DNA of 64,000 bases. Source: an uncultured Pelagibacteraceae bacterium. GTDB taxonomy: Bacteria; Pseudomonadota; Alphaproteobacteria; Pelagibacterales; Pelagibacteraceae. The notes beneath the pieces are model-generated. The model did not search any database. It saw only the letters and a list, made by a program, of their open reading frames with translations, and had not been told where the DNA came from. The stretch is taken from positions 39,504 through 103,503 of the forward strand of contig CABZCX010000003.1 of the NCBI GenBank assembly GCA_902524345.1, written 5' to 3'. Shown in pieces: positions 29,474-39,627 of the stretch (position 1 is the first letter of the stretch; every line of letters begins with the position of its first letter). The position numbers were made by a program, and so were the translations under genes.

Positions 29474-31167
29474 TAAAAAAAAGGTTAGGAATATTAAAAA
29501 AAAATTTTAATGCACTTGGCATAGATGGCTATGTAGTACCTAAAAATGACGAATTTTTCTCAGAATATTCAATAAAAGACAGGCTTAAAACAATTTCAAA
29601 TTTTAGTGGTTCAGCGGGATATGCTGTAATTTTGAAAAAAAAAAATTATCTATTTGTAGACGGTAGATATTCTTTACAAGCTAAAATCCAAGCAGGAAGC
29701 AACTTTACTATTAAATATATTAACGAAATTTTCAATTGTAATTTATTTAATAACATTACACTAGGTATAGATCCTAATATATTTACAAGTAACGAAGTGA
29801 ATAAATTTTTTTTAAAATATAATAAGATTAAAATTATTAAGGAAAATTTGGTTGATAAAATTTACAATATATATCCAAAAAAAATTAAACCATTTTATTC
29901 TTTGAAAGAAAATATAACTGGAGAAAGTCACAAAAAAAGGATTTATAAAATTTCAAATATATTAAAAAAAGAAAAAGTAGATTATTTATTTATTAGTTCA
30001 CCAGAAAATGTTGCATGGTTATTGAATATTAGAGGTCATGATAGTCCCAATAGTCCGATACCTAATTGTCGTCTACTTTTAGCAAAAAATAAAAAGTTTT
30101 TTATAATTTGTGAAAAAAATAAATTGATAAAATTAATTAATGAAAAAAAAATTACTAATAAACAAATAATAGACCCTAAAAAATTAAGCGATTTTTTTAA
30201 AAAGATAAAAAGTGGTAAATTCATAATTGATGACAAAACATGCTCATTACTTTACAGAAATTCTATAATTACCAACCATCAAATTATTAAAAAAAATGAT
30301 CCTATATACCTTTTAAAATCAATTAAAAATGAAAATGAAATTAAAAATACTATAAATACTCATATCTATGATGGGGTGGCTTTAACAAAATTTCTATATT
30401 GGATTAAAGTATTAAATAAAAAAGAAATTACTGAAGTCGATGCACAAAATAAACTTGAGAAATTTAGAAAGATAAATAAAAAATATTTATTTCCGAGTTT
30501 TGATACTATTGCAGGTTCAGGAAAAAATGGAGCGATAATTCACTTTAGAGCAACAAACAAAAACACGAAAAAGATACATAAAAGTGATTTATTTTTATGT
30601 GACTCTGGTGGACAATATAAATACGGTACTACTGATGTAACAAGAACTATATGTTTCTCTGACCCTCCCAAATCTATCAAAAATATATTCACTAAAGTTT
30701 TGAAAGGACACATTGCTGTCGTTACATCAAATCTTAAGACTCATTATAACGGTAAATTGATTGATAAAAGAGCTAGAGCATATCTGAAAAGAAGTGGTCT
30801 TGATTATGATCATGGTACGGGCCATGGTGTTGGTTTCTTTTCAAATGTTCACGAAGGACCTCAAGCTATTTCAAAGTATAATTCAATTAAATTACAAGAA
30901 GGTATGATTTTAAGTAATGAGCCGGGCTATTACAAAAAAGGAAAATTTGGTATAAGAATTGAAAATCTTATATATATAAAGAAAAGTAAAAAAAAATTAT
31001 CATTTGTTAATCTTACTCTAGCACCGATTGATAAAGATTTAATTAATTTTCGTCTTCTTAATAAAGATGAAAAAAATTACCTTTTTAATTATCACTTAAA
31101 TATATATTTAAATTTGTCTAAATATCTTAATAAACAAGAAAAAAAATGGTTAGCTAGTCTTATTTAA
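29470..31167 (+). CDS. Xaa-Pro aminopeptidase (M24B)
   Basis: DSGGQYKYGTTDVTRT, HGTGHGVG, HEGP, EPGYY, GIRIEN. Confidence 0.93.
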   Translation: MIKKRLGILKKNFNALGIDGYVVPKNDEFFSEYSIKDRLKTISNFSGSAGYAVILKKKNYLFVDGRYSLQAKIQAGSNFTIKYINEIFNCNLFNNITLGIDPNIFTSNEVNKFFLKYNKIKIIKENLVDKIYNIYPKKIKPFYSLKENITGESHKKRIYKISNILKKEKVDYLFISSPENVAWLLNIRGHDSPNSPIPNCRLLLAKNKKFFIICEKNKLIKLINEKKITNKQIIDPKKLSDFFKKIKSGKFIIDDKTCSLLYRNSIITNHQIIKKNDPIYLLKSIKNENEIKNTINTHIYDGVALTKFLYWIKVLNKKEITEVDAQNKLEKFRKINKKYLFPSFDTIAGSGKNGAIIHFRATNKNTKKIHKSDLFLCDSGGQYKYGTTDVTRTICFSDPPKSIKNIFTKVLKGHIAVVTSNLKTHYNGKLIDKRARAYLKRSGLDYDHGTGHGVGFFSNVHEGPQAISKYNSIKLQEGMILSNEPGYYKKGKFGIRIENLIYIKKSKKKLSFVNLTLAPIDKDLINFRLLNKDEKNYLFNYHLNIYLNLSKYLNKQEKKWLASLI

Positions 31168-33189
31168 CATATTTAACCATTCTGTTTGTGACAATATTTT
31201 TATATTTAAATCTTTAGCTGCATCTATTTTTCTTTTTGTTGGCTTTTCACCTATTATTAAATAATCTAATTTTTTTGAAACATTGCTTATTATTGATCCA
31301 GAATTTTCCTCAATTAAAGATTTCGCCTCCGCTCTACTAATACCATCAAGTTTGCCTGTTAACATAAAAGTTTTGTTAATAAATATACCGTTACTCTTTG
31401 CTAAAATAGCATTTTTTACTTTTATCAACCCACATAGATCCTTTAACACTCTTAAATTCGTGCTATTGGAAAAAAAACTTTTTATTGAATTAATTTGCGT
31501 TTCTCCAATTCCATCTATATTTATTAAATCATTAAATCTTTTTGTTTCAGATAATAAAAGAAAATTTTTTATTGATGACAGATTTTTTGAAATTAATTTT
31601 GCATTCTCTAAACCTATATGCCTTATTCCCAAAGCAAAAATAAATCTCTCAAAAGAAATTGTTTTTTTTGTATCTATTGAATATTTTAAATTATTAACAG
31701 ATTGTTTCCCCCACCCATCTAAATTTTCTATTGCAGAATAATCTAATCTAAAAATATCTTGAGGAAGTCGGATCAGATTTAATTTCCAAAAGTTTTCAAC
31801 AATCTTTTTACCAAACCCCTCTATATTAAATGCTTCTTTAGACACGAAATGCTTAATTTTTTCTATGGCAATTTTCTCACATTCAAAACCTTCACTGGTG
31901 CATCGTCTTACTGCGTCCTCTTTTTTTGTCATGATATTGTATTCTTTAACTGTTTTTGATCCACAAGAGGGGCAATTCAATGGAAACATAAATTTTTTTG
32001 ATTCATTGTCTCTAAGCTTTAAGTCTACTGAAATCACATGTGGTATTACATCTCCTGCTCGTTCAATCAAAACAGTATCACCAACTCTTATATCTTTTCG
32101 AATTATTTCTTCTTCATTATGCAATGTTGCATTAGAAACAACCACTCCTCCAATATTAATTGGTTTAATCTTAGCAACTGGAGTTAACGCTCCTGTTCTG
32201 CCAATTTGAATTTCGATGTTTTCAATTTTTGAAATACCGTTATTAGCAGAAAATTTATGTGCAACAGCCCATCTAGGTGCATTTGCAATATTGCCAAGTC
32301 TTCTCTGCAGGTTTAAATCGTTAATTTTATAAACTATGCCATCAATATCAAAATCTAAACTTCCTCTTTTATTTTCTATATCTTTATAATTTTTCATTAA
32401 ATTTTTTATACCTTTAATAGTTTTGTTTAAAGGATTTGTTTTAAAACCCCATTCTTTAAGTTTTTTTAAAAATTCGCTTTGCTTTTTAATATTAAGCCCT
32501 TTTTCATAACCAAAAGTATAAGCAATAAATTTTAATGGAATTTTTTTTGTTTCAAGAGGATTTTTGTGTCTAAGAGAACCAGAGGCAGCATTTCTAGGAT
32601 TTGCAAACTTACCAGCTAATTTTTTAAAATCATAATTCTGAATAAATATTTCTCCTCTTATATCTATTTCACTAGGGAAATCTTTTGATAAAATCGTTTG
32701 TGGTATATCATTTATAGTTTTTAGATTTTCTGTTATATCCTCTCCTTCCTTTCCATCTCCTCTAGATAAACCATTGATAAACTTTCCGTTTTTAAATGAT
32801 AATGAGGCCGAAATTCCATCAATTTTAGGTTCGGCACTATACTCAATTTCTGAATAATCTTTTTGATTTAGATAATTCATAATTTTTTTTTCGAAGTTGT
32901 TCAAATCATCTTGATCAAAAGCGTTAGCAAGTGAAAGCATAGGAACCCTGTGAGAGATTTTTTTAAAATTTTTAGAAGGTTTAAATCCTACGATTTTAGA
33001 GGGTGAGTTTTTGCTTTTAAGATAAGAATGTTTGCTCTCTAGTTTTAAAATATCATTTTTGAGAGTATCATATTCTCTATCATCAACTATTGGACTGTTT
33101 TTTTCATAATAAAATTTGTTTAACTTAATTAATTTTTGAATCTTTTTTTTATACTCTTTTTCAATTTCTTTTTTTTTCATCTTACTCAA
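31150..33189 (-). CDS. ligA: NAD-dependent DNA ligase
   Basis: EPKIDG, RGDG, zinc finger CPSCG, C-terminal BRCT. Confidence 0.98.
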   Translation of the reverse strand: MSKMKKKEIEKEYKKKIQKLIKLNKFYYEKNSPIVDDREYDTLKNDILKLESKHSYLKSKNSPSKIVGFKPSKNFKKISHRVPMLSLANAFDQDDLNNFEKKIMNYLNQKDYSEIEYSAEPKIDGISASLSFKNGKFINGLSRGDGKEGEDITENLKTINDIPQTILSKDFPSEIDIRGEIFIQNYDFKKLAGKFANPRNAASGSLRHKNPLETKKIPLKFIAYTFGYEKGLNIKKQSEFLKKLKEWGFKTNPLNKTIKGIKNLMKNYKDIENKRGSLDFDIDGIVYKINDLNLQRRLGNIANAPRWAVAHKFSANNGISKIENIEIQIGRTGALTPVAKIKPINIGGVVVSNATLHNEEEIIRKDIRVGDTVLIERAGDVIPHVISVDLKLRDNESKKFMFPLNCPSCGSKTVKEYNIMTKKEDAVRRCTSEGFECEKIAIEKIKHFVSKEAFNIEGFGKKIVENFWKLNLIRLPQDIFRLDYSAIENLDGWGKQSVNNLKYSIDTKKTISFERFIFALGIRHIGLENAKLISKNLSSIKNFLLLSETKRFNDLINIDGIGETQINSIKSFFSNSTNLRVLKDLCGLIKVKNAILAKSNGIFINKTFMLTGKLDGISRAEAKSLIEENSGSIISNVSKKLDYLIIGEKPTKRKIDAAKDLNIKILSQTEWLNMLNKTS

Positions 33190-34030
33190 AAAGAGCTTTA
33201 AACTTCTCTATCATTTTTTTGTTCTTTTTTTTTATATCTTTAAATCTATTTTTTTTTCTAATTTTATAATTTTTATCAAATAAACTATATGTATTTTGAT
33301 ACCATTCAGATGAGCCATAATTATATCCAAGAAGCTGCGCATATTTTTCTGCCTCATCAATTAGACCAATCGTGTAATGAACTTCCACCAGCCTGTGAAG
33401 GGCCTCAGCAGTATAGATTGTCGTATCATAATCATCTATTATAGTTCTAAAACGATTGATTGCTGATATCCATTTTTTTTTTTCAAAGTAATATCTGCCA
33501 ATATACATTTCTTTAGAGGCTAAAATATCATCAATCAAAGTTATTTTGAATTCTGCATCTAATGCATACTCTGTATTAGGAAATTCTCTTAAAACAAAAT
33601 CAAATTTTACCTTAGCATTTTTAATTGATTGTAAATCTTTTTTTTCATCTACTATTTGCTCAAAATAACATATCCCTATTAAATAATGGGCATATGAAAT
33701 ATCTTTATAGTAAGGGTAAACTTTTATAAATCTTTCTAATTCAGCGATAGAGTCACTGTAATAATCTTGGATATAATATGAATAAGCTGCCATTAATGCG
33801 GATCTTGGAGCTAAATCAGATTGTGGGAATAGTGTTTCAACTTCATTAAATTTTTTAGCTGCATACAAAACATCACCACTTTCTAGTGCATCTTTCCCAA
33901 TATCATAAGCCTCTAAAACTTGAAGTTCTAAACTTTTTTCTTTAATTACAGAATCTTTAAGATCTTTTTTAGAACAAGAAACAAGAATCAAAAGAAAAAA
34001 TAGTAAGTATAAAGCTCTAAAAAATAACAT
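33182..34030 (-). CDS. bamD: Outer membrane assembly lipoprotein BamD
   Basis: Lipobox LVSC, TPR helices, AINRF, ALHRLVE. Confidence 0.93.
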   Translation of the reverse strand: MLFFRALYLLFFLLILVSCSKKDLKDSVIKEKSLELQVLEAYDIGKDALESGDVLYAAKKFNEVETLFPQSDLAPRSALMAAYSYYIQDYYSDSIAELERFIKVYPYYKDISYAHYLIGICYFEQIVDEKKDLQSIKNAKVKFDFVLREFPNTEYALDAEFKITLIDDILASKEMYIGRYYFEKKKWISAINRFRTIIDDYDTTIYTAEALHRLVEVHYTIGLIDEAEKYAQLLGYNYGSSEWYQNTYSLFDKNYKIRKKNRFKDIKKKNKKMIEKFKALFE

Positions 34031-34076
34031 TCAATTTTTATATAATTTAAAGTAAAAATTTAAAAGAACAATATAT

Positions 34077-34997
34077 TTAAGCTATAGATCTTAATAGTCT
34101 TTTGTTTATTAATGAATGTGGAAGGCTTCTCTCTTGAATCTCAATTATTGAAAAATTATCTTTATTTTCAAACACTTTTCTTAAAAGTTGATTAGTCATA
34201 AAATGTCCACCCTGAGAACACTTTATGCTAGCTATCATTCTATAACCTGAAGTATATAAATCTCCTACACAATCAAGAATTTTATGGTTAACAAATTCCA
34301 AAGAATTTCTTAGGCCTTCTTTATTTAAAACTTTATCATTGTCAACAACAATAGCATTATCTAAGCTACCTCCTTTTGCGAGGCCGTTTTCCCTAATTTT
34401 TCTTATATCCTCATATAAACAAAAAGTTCTTGAATTGAAAATATTAGTTAAGTCATCTTCATAGATATTAATTCTATTTCTTTGATTACCTATAATAGAA
34501 TTTTTATATTTTAACTCAAAATCAATATCTAAACTTAATTTTGATGGCTCAATCGATACGAACTTTTCATTGTTTCGATGGACTACTTTTTTATTTATTT
34601 TGATGATCTTAATAGGTGCTTCACTTTTTGTTAAACCTGTGCTCGATATTTTTTCTATAAATTCTTTTGCTGAACCATCCAAAATTGGTACTTCTTCACT
34701 GTCAATCTCAATTAAAACATTATCTACACCCAGTCCAAATAAGGCTCCCATTAAATGTTCTATAGTACAAACTTTAACACCATATTCATTAGAAACTGTT
34801 GTATTAAGAGTGGTATTGTTAACATTAGAAAAATTTGGAAAAACTATATTGTTTGTTTTTAAGTCAATTCTTTTGAAGATTATTCCTGAATTTGGTTCAG
34901 ACGGTTTCAAACACATATTTGATACTTTTCCACTGTGTAAACCTATGCCGCTAAAAATTACAGGGTTTTTTACTGTTTTTTGATTTAATAATGACAT
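34077..34997 (-). CDS. lpxC: UDP-3-O-acyl-GlcNAc deacetylase
   Basis: GIGLHSG, TIEHLMGAL, HKILDCVGD, GGH. Confidence 0.97.
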   Translation of the reverse strand: MSLLNQKTVKNPVIFSGIGLHSGKVSNMCLKPSEPNSGIIFKRIDLKTNNIVFPNFSNVNNTTLNTTVSNEYGVKVCTIEHLMGALFGLGVDNVLIEIDSEEVPILDGSAKEFIEKISSTGLTKSEAPIKIIKINKKVVHRNNEKFVSIEPSKLSLDIDFELKYKNSIIGNQRNRINIYEDDLTNIFNSRTFCLYEDIRKIRENGLAKGGSLDNAIVVDNDKVLNKEGLRNSLEFVNHKILDCVGDLYTSGYRMIASIKCSQGGHFMTNQLLRKVFENKDNFSIIEIQERSLPHSLINKRLLRSIA

Positions 34998-35059
34998 GAG
35001 AAACTCTTATTACTGTAATTGATCCAATTAAATACAATAAATGTTACTGTAAAATACAA

Positions 35060-35764
35060 TTAATTGAATAAATCAAAAAATTTTTCAAAAAAACCTTTAT
35101 TTTTCGATATTTTATTAATTATCTTCACCTCATTTTTATTGTGTCCATCGATAATTTCACTGGTCATCTTAAAAAAATTAATATCTCCATCTTTCGTAAA
35201 TTTATAAATATAGCTCGCGCTCAATATTCGGTTTACTGAGATTTGAAATTTTTTTAGACTTTTTTCAATTTTGTTTATTAATTCATCAGGTAGACAGATA
35301 AAGCTTATATCTAAAGAAAAATTCTTACATTTTTGATTAAGTGGTAACTCTTTAAAATGAACATCATCAATAAGATAGCTGTCAATTAAAATGTGAATAA
35401 TCCTCATATTTTGAATTGTTTTTTCACACTGACTCTTTGCACTTTTTATTAAGTATAAAATTATACTGGAGTTAATAATTTCATTATAATCATGTTTTTT
35501 CATAGAAATTTGTAAATCTAAAAAATCTCTTGTTTCTAATATTATGTTTATTTTTTCTATAAAATTTCCTAAGATTTTTTCAACCTTAAATACGTTTTCA
35601 TTGAGAAAAAAATTCAATTTATCAAAGTTTAAATGAGTAACATTATCATCAAAAACAATTTCATCCCTAAATATTAATTTGAAGTCAGTTTTACGATTAA
35701 CAGATAATGTTATTTTTTTTTGACTGAAAAATAAAAAAACTTCAAAGTTTATATCATTTTCCAT
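35060..35764 (-). CDS. ftsA: Truncated FtsA-like protein (234 aa)
   Basis: Position after ftsQ; 1C-like segment (IIHILIDSYLID..FSLDISFICLP), C-terminal amphipathic GFFEKFFDLF; no recognisable actin ATPase motifs. Confidence 0.65.
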   Translation of the reverse strand: MENDINFEVFLFFSQKKITLSVNRKTDFKLIFRDEIVFDDNVTHLNFDKLNFFLNENVFKVEKILGNFIEKINIILETRDFLDLQISMKKHDYNEIINSSIILYLIKSAKSQCEKTIQNMRIIHILIDSYLIDDVHFKELPLNQKCKNFSLDISFICLPDELINKIEKSLKKFQISVNRILSASYIYKFTKDGDINFFKMTSEIIDGHNKNEVKIINKISKNKGFFEKFFDLFN

Positions 35765-36428
35765 TTATTATAACCTGGTTATCTTGGCGAAGATCTAAAA
35801 TTTCGATATTCTTGAATTCTTTATTATGTAATACGCTCAGAGATAGATTTAATGAGTCTTCTAAATTTTCTTTCGGAAGTTTAATAATAATATTTTGGTC
35901 AGTTTCAATATCCCACCTACCTGATTTAAAAAAATACAAATTTCTTACTCTAGATAATTCAAACTTTGATTTTTTTATAGATTTTAAGAGATTAAAAAAA
36001 GAAACATTATCATAATCTCCAAAGATATTAGGTAGATTATTATCTTTATTAACTGACTGAATTAATTTACCATTTGAACCCAAAACAAAAGTTTTTCCGT
36101 CTTTAAAAATGTTAGCTAAAAATTTTGTTTTAGTTACTCTAATTTCTATTGATGAAGGATACTTTTTAAATACAGAGTAATTTTCAATTAATTTGTTAGC
36201 CTCTAATTTTTTTACTAACTGAAATTTATTTAAAAAGAAAATATTTTTTAAATTAAGTAATTCAAGATTAGTTAATAAATCTTGCGTTTCTCTATCATTT
36301 AATCCTACTATCGTAATTTGATCTATAGTTTTTAACTCAATATTTGAGAAATACTTATTATTAAAAGTACTTAAAGAAATAATTAATAGAATATAAAATA
36401 AAATTTTTCTATTTAATCTTAATTGCAT
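35754..36428 (-). CDS. ftsQ: Cell division protein FtsQ/DivIB
   Basis: N-terminal TM, POTRA-like region (KKYPSSIEI), RWDI and C-terminal ILDLR motifs; synteny. Confidence 0.88.
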   Translation of the reverse strand: MQLRLNRKILFYILLIISLSTFNNKYFSNIELKTIDQITIVGLNDRETQDLLTNLELLNLKNIFFLNKFQLVKKLEANKLIENYSVFKKYPSSIEIRVTKTKFLANIFKDGKTFVLGSNGKLIQSVNKDNNLPNIFGDYDNVSFFNLLKSIKKSKFELSRVRNLYFFKSGRWDIETDQNIIIKLPKENLEDSLNLSLSVLHNKEFKNIEILDLRQDNQVIINGK

Positions 36429-37323
36429 CTTTTAAAAGTAATTCAATTAATCTAATAAAACTAATCTTTTTAAATGCGGCTATTTCAGGTACTAAAGAAA
36501 GTTTTGTCATACCAGGCTGGGTATTAATTTCCAAAAGGTAAAATCTATTTCTATAAAATTTAAAATCTGACCGAGTAACGCCTCTGCATTTTAAAATTTT
36601 GTGAGCTTTTAAGGCTATGTCCATTAATTTATTATATTCTTTCTTGGTCAAATCTACAGGAATTAAGTGTTTAGTTTTCGCTTTTGGATTATACTTAGCT
36701 TGATAATCATAAAATTTTCTTTTTGGTTTTAATTCAATAGCTCCAAGTTTGTTCGATCCAATTATTGCTGCTTGAATTTCACGTCCTGATATAAACTCCT
36801 CAATAATAATTTTTCTATATTCTTTTAATAACTTTAATTTTCTAAAAATATTTGATTTGTTACATATAAAAACATTGACACTTGATCCCTCATTTATTGG
36901 TTTGATAACAACTGGAAATTTAGTTTCTTTCTCGATTTTCTTAATCAAATTATTTTTTGATAAATTGAAAGAATAACAAAAATATTTTGGAGTCAATATA
37001 TTATTTTTTATAAAAATTTTTTTTGATATCTCTTTATCCATAGCTAAAGCGGACGCAATAACACCTGAGTGGGTATAGGGAATTCTGGTACTTTCTAAAA
37101 TTGTCTGTATGTAGCCATCCTCACCAAACTGACCATGCAATGCATTAAAAATAACTTTTGGTTTGAAGGATTTTATTTTGCGAAAGAATTTGTAATTAGG
37201 TTCGGTAATCTTTACTTCATAACCATTTTTTTTCAACTCTTTTGCTACTTGTCTTCCAGTATCAAGACTGATTGATCTTTCTTTTGAAATTCCACCTGAA
37301 ATTATTAATATTTTTTTTTTCAA
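36409..37323 (-). CDS. ddl: D-Ala-D-Ala ligase
   Basis: GGISKERSIS, ALHGQFGEDG, EGSS, LEINTQPGMT. Confidence 0.97.
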   Translation of the reverse strand: MKKKILIISGGISKERSISLDTGRQVAKELKKNGYEVKITEPNYKFFRKIKSFKPKVIFNALHGQFGEDGYIQTILESTRIPYTHSGVIASALAMDKEISKKIFIKNNILTPKYFCYSFNLSKNNLIKKIEKETKFPVVIKPINEGSSVNVFICNKSNIFRKLKLLKEYRKIIIEEFISGREIQAAIIGSNKLGAIELKPKRKFYDYQAKYNPKAKTKHLIPVDLTKKEYNKLMDIALKAHKILKCRGVTRSDFKFYRNRFYLLEINTQPGMTKLSLVPEIAAFKKISFIRLIELLLKDAIKIK

Positions 37324-37324
37324 A

Positions 37325-38233
37325 TTATTCCAATATCTTAATTTCTTTTTCTAAACTAATTCCAGTTTTTTTTAAAACTTTTTTAGAAACGTAATCTATC
37401 AATTTTTTCATATCCTGAAACTTCGCATTACCTTTATTTACAAAAAAATTGAAATGTTTTTCTGAAATACAAGCATCTCCAAATGATTGATCAGGAGGAA
37501 CGGAGTCTCTTATAAGCTCCCAAACTTTTTTATTACTTTGAGCTATTGGGTTTTTAAATGTACTACCACTTGTTTTAATTCTTGTGGGTTGATTTTTCTC
37601 CTTTTTAGATTTTAATTTACTCATGGTAGTCTCTATTTCTTTTTTATTTGACTTCAAACCTTTAAAAGAAGCACTTAGAAAAATATAATCTTCAGGTATA
37701 TTACTTTTTCTATACTCAAATTTAATCTCTTTTGATGGTATTGTTATTACTCTTCCGAATTTGTCAACAGCCTGTACAGAGACTAATATATCTTTAAATT
37801 CTTTATCAAAACAACCAGCATTCATTGTAATACCACCTCCAACTGTACCTGGTATACATGATAGAAACTCAAATCCACTTAAACTATTTTTAAGAGCAAA
37901 ATTAGATAAACTTTTATCCAATACAGCACTACCAGCGATTATGATATCTTCGCCATGTAATGTAATATTATTAAAATTTTTTCCTAGTTTGATAACCACT
38001 CCGTCAAATAAATCATCAGTTATTAGAACATTTGAACCGGCACCAAGTACAAATATTCTTTCTTGATTATTAAGAATTTTAAGAAAACTAATCAATTGGT
38101 CTAGATGGTCTGCTTTAAAAAATACTTTCGATTTACCACCTATATTAAACCAATTTTTTCTTTTCAAATCATATTGGAAGTGTAAATTTTCACCAAAATT
38201 ATGAAGTAATTTTTTAATTTCATTTATTTTCAT
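37325..38233 (-). CDS. murB: UDP-N-acetylmuramate dehydrogenase
   Basis: GAGSN, IPGTVGGGITMNAG, GSTFKNP; ATG at 38233 preferred. Confidence 0.96.
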   Translation of the reverse strand: MKINEIKKLLHNFGENLHFQYDLKRKNWFNIGGKSKVFFKADHLDQLISFLKILNNQERIFVLGAGSNVLITDDLFDGVVIKLGKNFNNITLHGEDIIIAGSAVLDKSLSNFALKNSLSGFEFLSCIPGTVGGGITMNAGCFDKEFKDILVSVQAVDKFGRVITIPSKEIKFEYRKSNIPEDYIFLSASFKGLKSNKKEIETTMSKLKSKKEKNQPTRIKTSGSTFKNPIAQSNKKVWELIRDSVPPDQSFGDACISEKHFNFFVNKGNAKFQDMKKLIDYVSKKVLKKTGISLEKEIKILE

Positions 38234-39627
38234 CTCATCAGCTCTGGGAGTTTTCTCATCCAATTTGAAATAGTACCGGCACCCATACCTATTACTATTT
38301 TTTTTCCATAAATATTCTTTTTTATAAATTTCGCTAATTGGAAATTATCTTTTACTAAAAAAAGTTTAACTTTAGAATTTTTAATAATTTCTTTTGCAAA
38401 TTTTAAATAGCTGAAGTCTAATTTCATTTTTTCTCCTGCTGCATAAACTGGACATAATATAACTATATCTGCATTATGGAATGAAAATGAAAATTCTTTA
38501 CGAAGATCTATCAACCTTGAAATTCGGTGAGGTTGAAATATACAAACTTTTTCATAACCTTTAAAAACTTTTTTAACACCGTCTAAAACCATCTTAATTT
38601 CAGTTGGATGGTGAGCATAATCATCGTAAAAAGTCACATTATTAAATTTAAAAATCTTATTAAACCTTCTTTGAACACCCTTAAACTTTAATAAACCATC
38701 TTTGATATCTTTTATAGTAATACCAATTGTTAGAGCTACAGCGGCAGCTGCTACAGAGTTTCTTATATTATGTATACCAATAAGTGGAATTTTAATCTTT
38801 TTAATTATTTGTTTTTTTTGATTAGGAAGATTTACCACTAAATCAAATTGTGTTAATTCTTCTTTATGACATATATTTTTTATTAAAAAATTTGATTTTA
38901 AATTCTTACCATAAGTATAAAAATTTTTATTTTTGATATCTTTAATGAGCTCTCTATTAATTCTATCATCAATACAGATGAAAGATTTTCCAAATGAAGG
39001 GACTTTCTTAATAAATTCATTAAAAGATTTTTTTAAATCATCTATATTTTTGTAAAAGTCCATGTGTTCTCTGTCAATATTAGTGATAATTGAATAGGTG
39101 GAAGGAATATTAACAAAACTGCCATCCGACTCATCTGCTTCTAAAATTGACCAATCACTTTTTCCTAATTTTGCAGAACTTTTTAAAGAGTTGATGACAC
39201 CACCATTAATTATTGTTGGATCTAAATTAGTTTTTTGAAAAATCGAGGCTACCAGTGAAGTAGTAGTAGTTTTACCATGAGATCCAGCCACAACTATATT
39301 TTTTGTTAAAGAAACAATGTGTGCCAACATTTTTCCTCTTTTTATTACAGGTAAATTTTTTCTTTTTGCCTCTATCAATTCTGGATTATTTTTTTTAATA
39401 GCTGATGAAACTACTATGATTGTTGCATTTTTTATATGTTGCTTTTTATGACCTATAAATATTTTTATTTTTTCTTTTTTTAATCTCTCTATATTTTTAT
39501 TGAAAATTATGTCACTTCCTTGAACTTTAAATTCTTTTCTTCTCATTATGAGAGATAGGCCACTCATTCCTATTCCACCTATTCCAATAAAGTGAATAAC
39601 TTCGTTTTTTGCAAGTTCAATTTTCAT
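38230..39627 (-). CDS. murC: UDP-N-acetylmuramate-L-alanine ligase
   Basis: IGIGGIGMSG, GSHGKTTT, EADESD, DDYAHHPTE. Confidence 0.98.
   Translation of the reverse strand: MKIELAKNEVIHFIGIGGIGMSGLSLIMRRKEFKVQGSDIIFNKNIERLKKEKIKIFIGHKKQHIKNATIIVVSSAIKKNNPELIEAKRKNLPVIKRGKMLAHIVSLTKNIVVAGSHGKTTTTSLVASIFQKTNLDPTIINGGVINSLKSSAKLGKSDWSILEADESDGSFVNIPSTYSIITNIDREHMDFYKNIDDLKKSFNEFIKKVPSFGKSFICIDDRINRELIKDIKNKNFYTYGKNLKSNFLIKNICHKEELTQFDLVVNLPNQKKQIIKKIKIPLIGIHNIRNSVAAAAVALTIGITIKDIKDGLLKFKGVQRRFNKIFKFNNVTFYDDYAHHPTEIKMVLDGVKKVFKGYEKVCIFQPHRISRLIDLRKEFSFSFHNADIVILCPVYAAGEKMKLDFSYLKFAKEIIKNSKVKLFLVKDNFQLAKFIKKNIYGKKIVIGMGAGTISNWMRKLPELMR

Noticed and set aside
35049-35063. CtrA-like TTAA-N7-TTAC upstream of lpxC
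   Set aside because: Imperfect match, expected by chance at this AT content, and no evidence in the window for ctrA.
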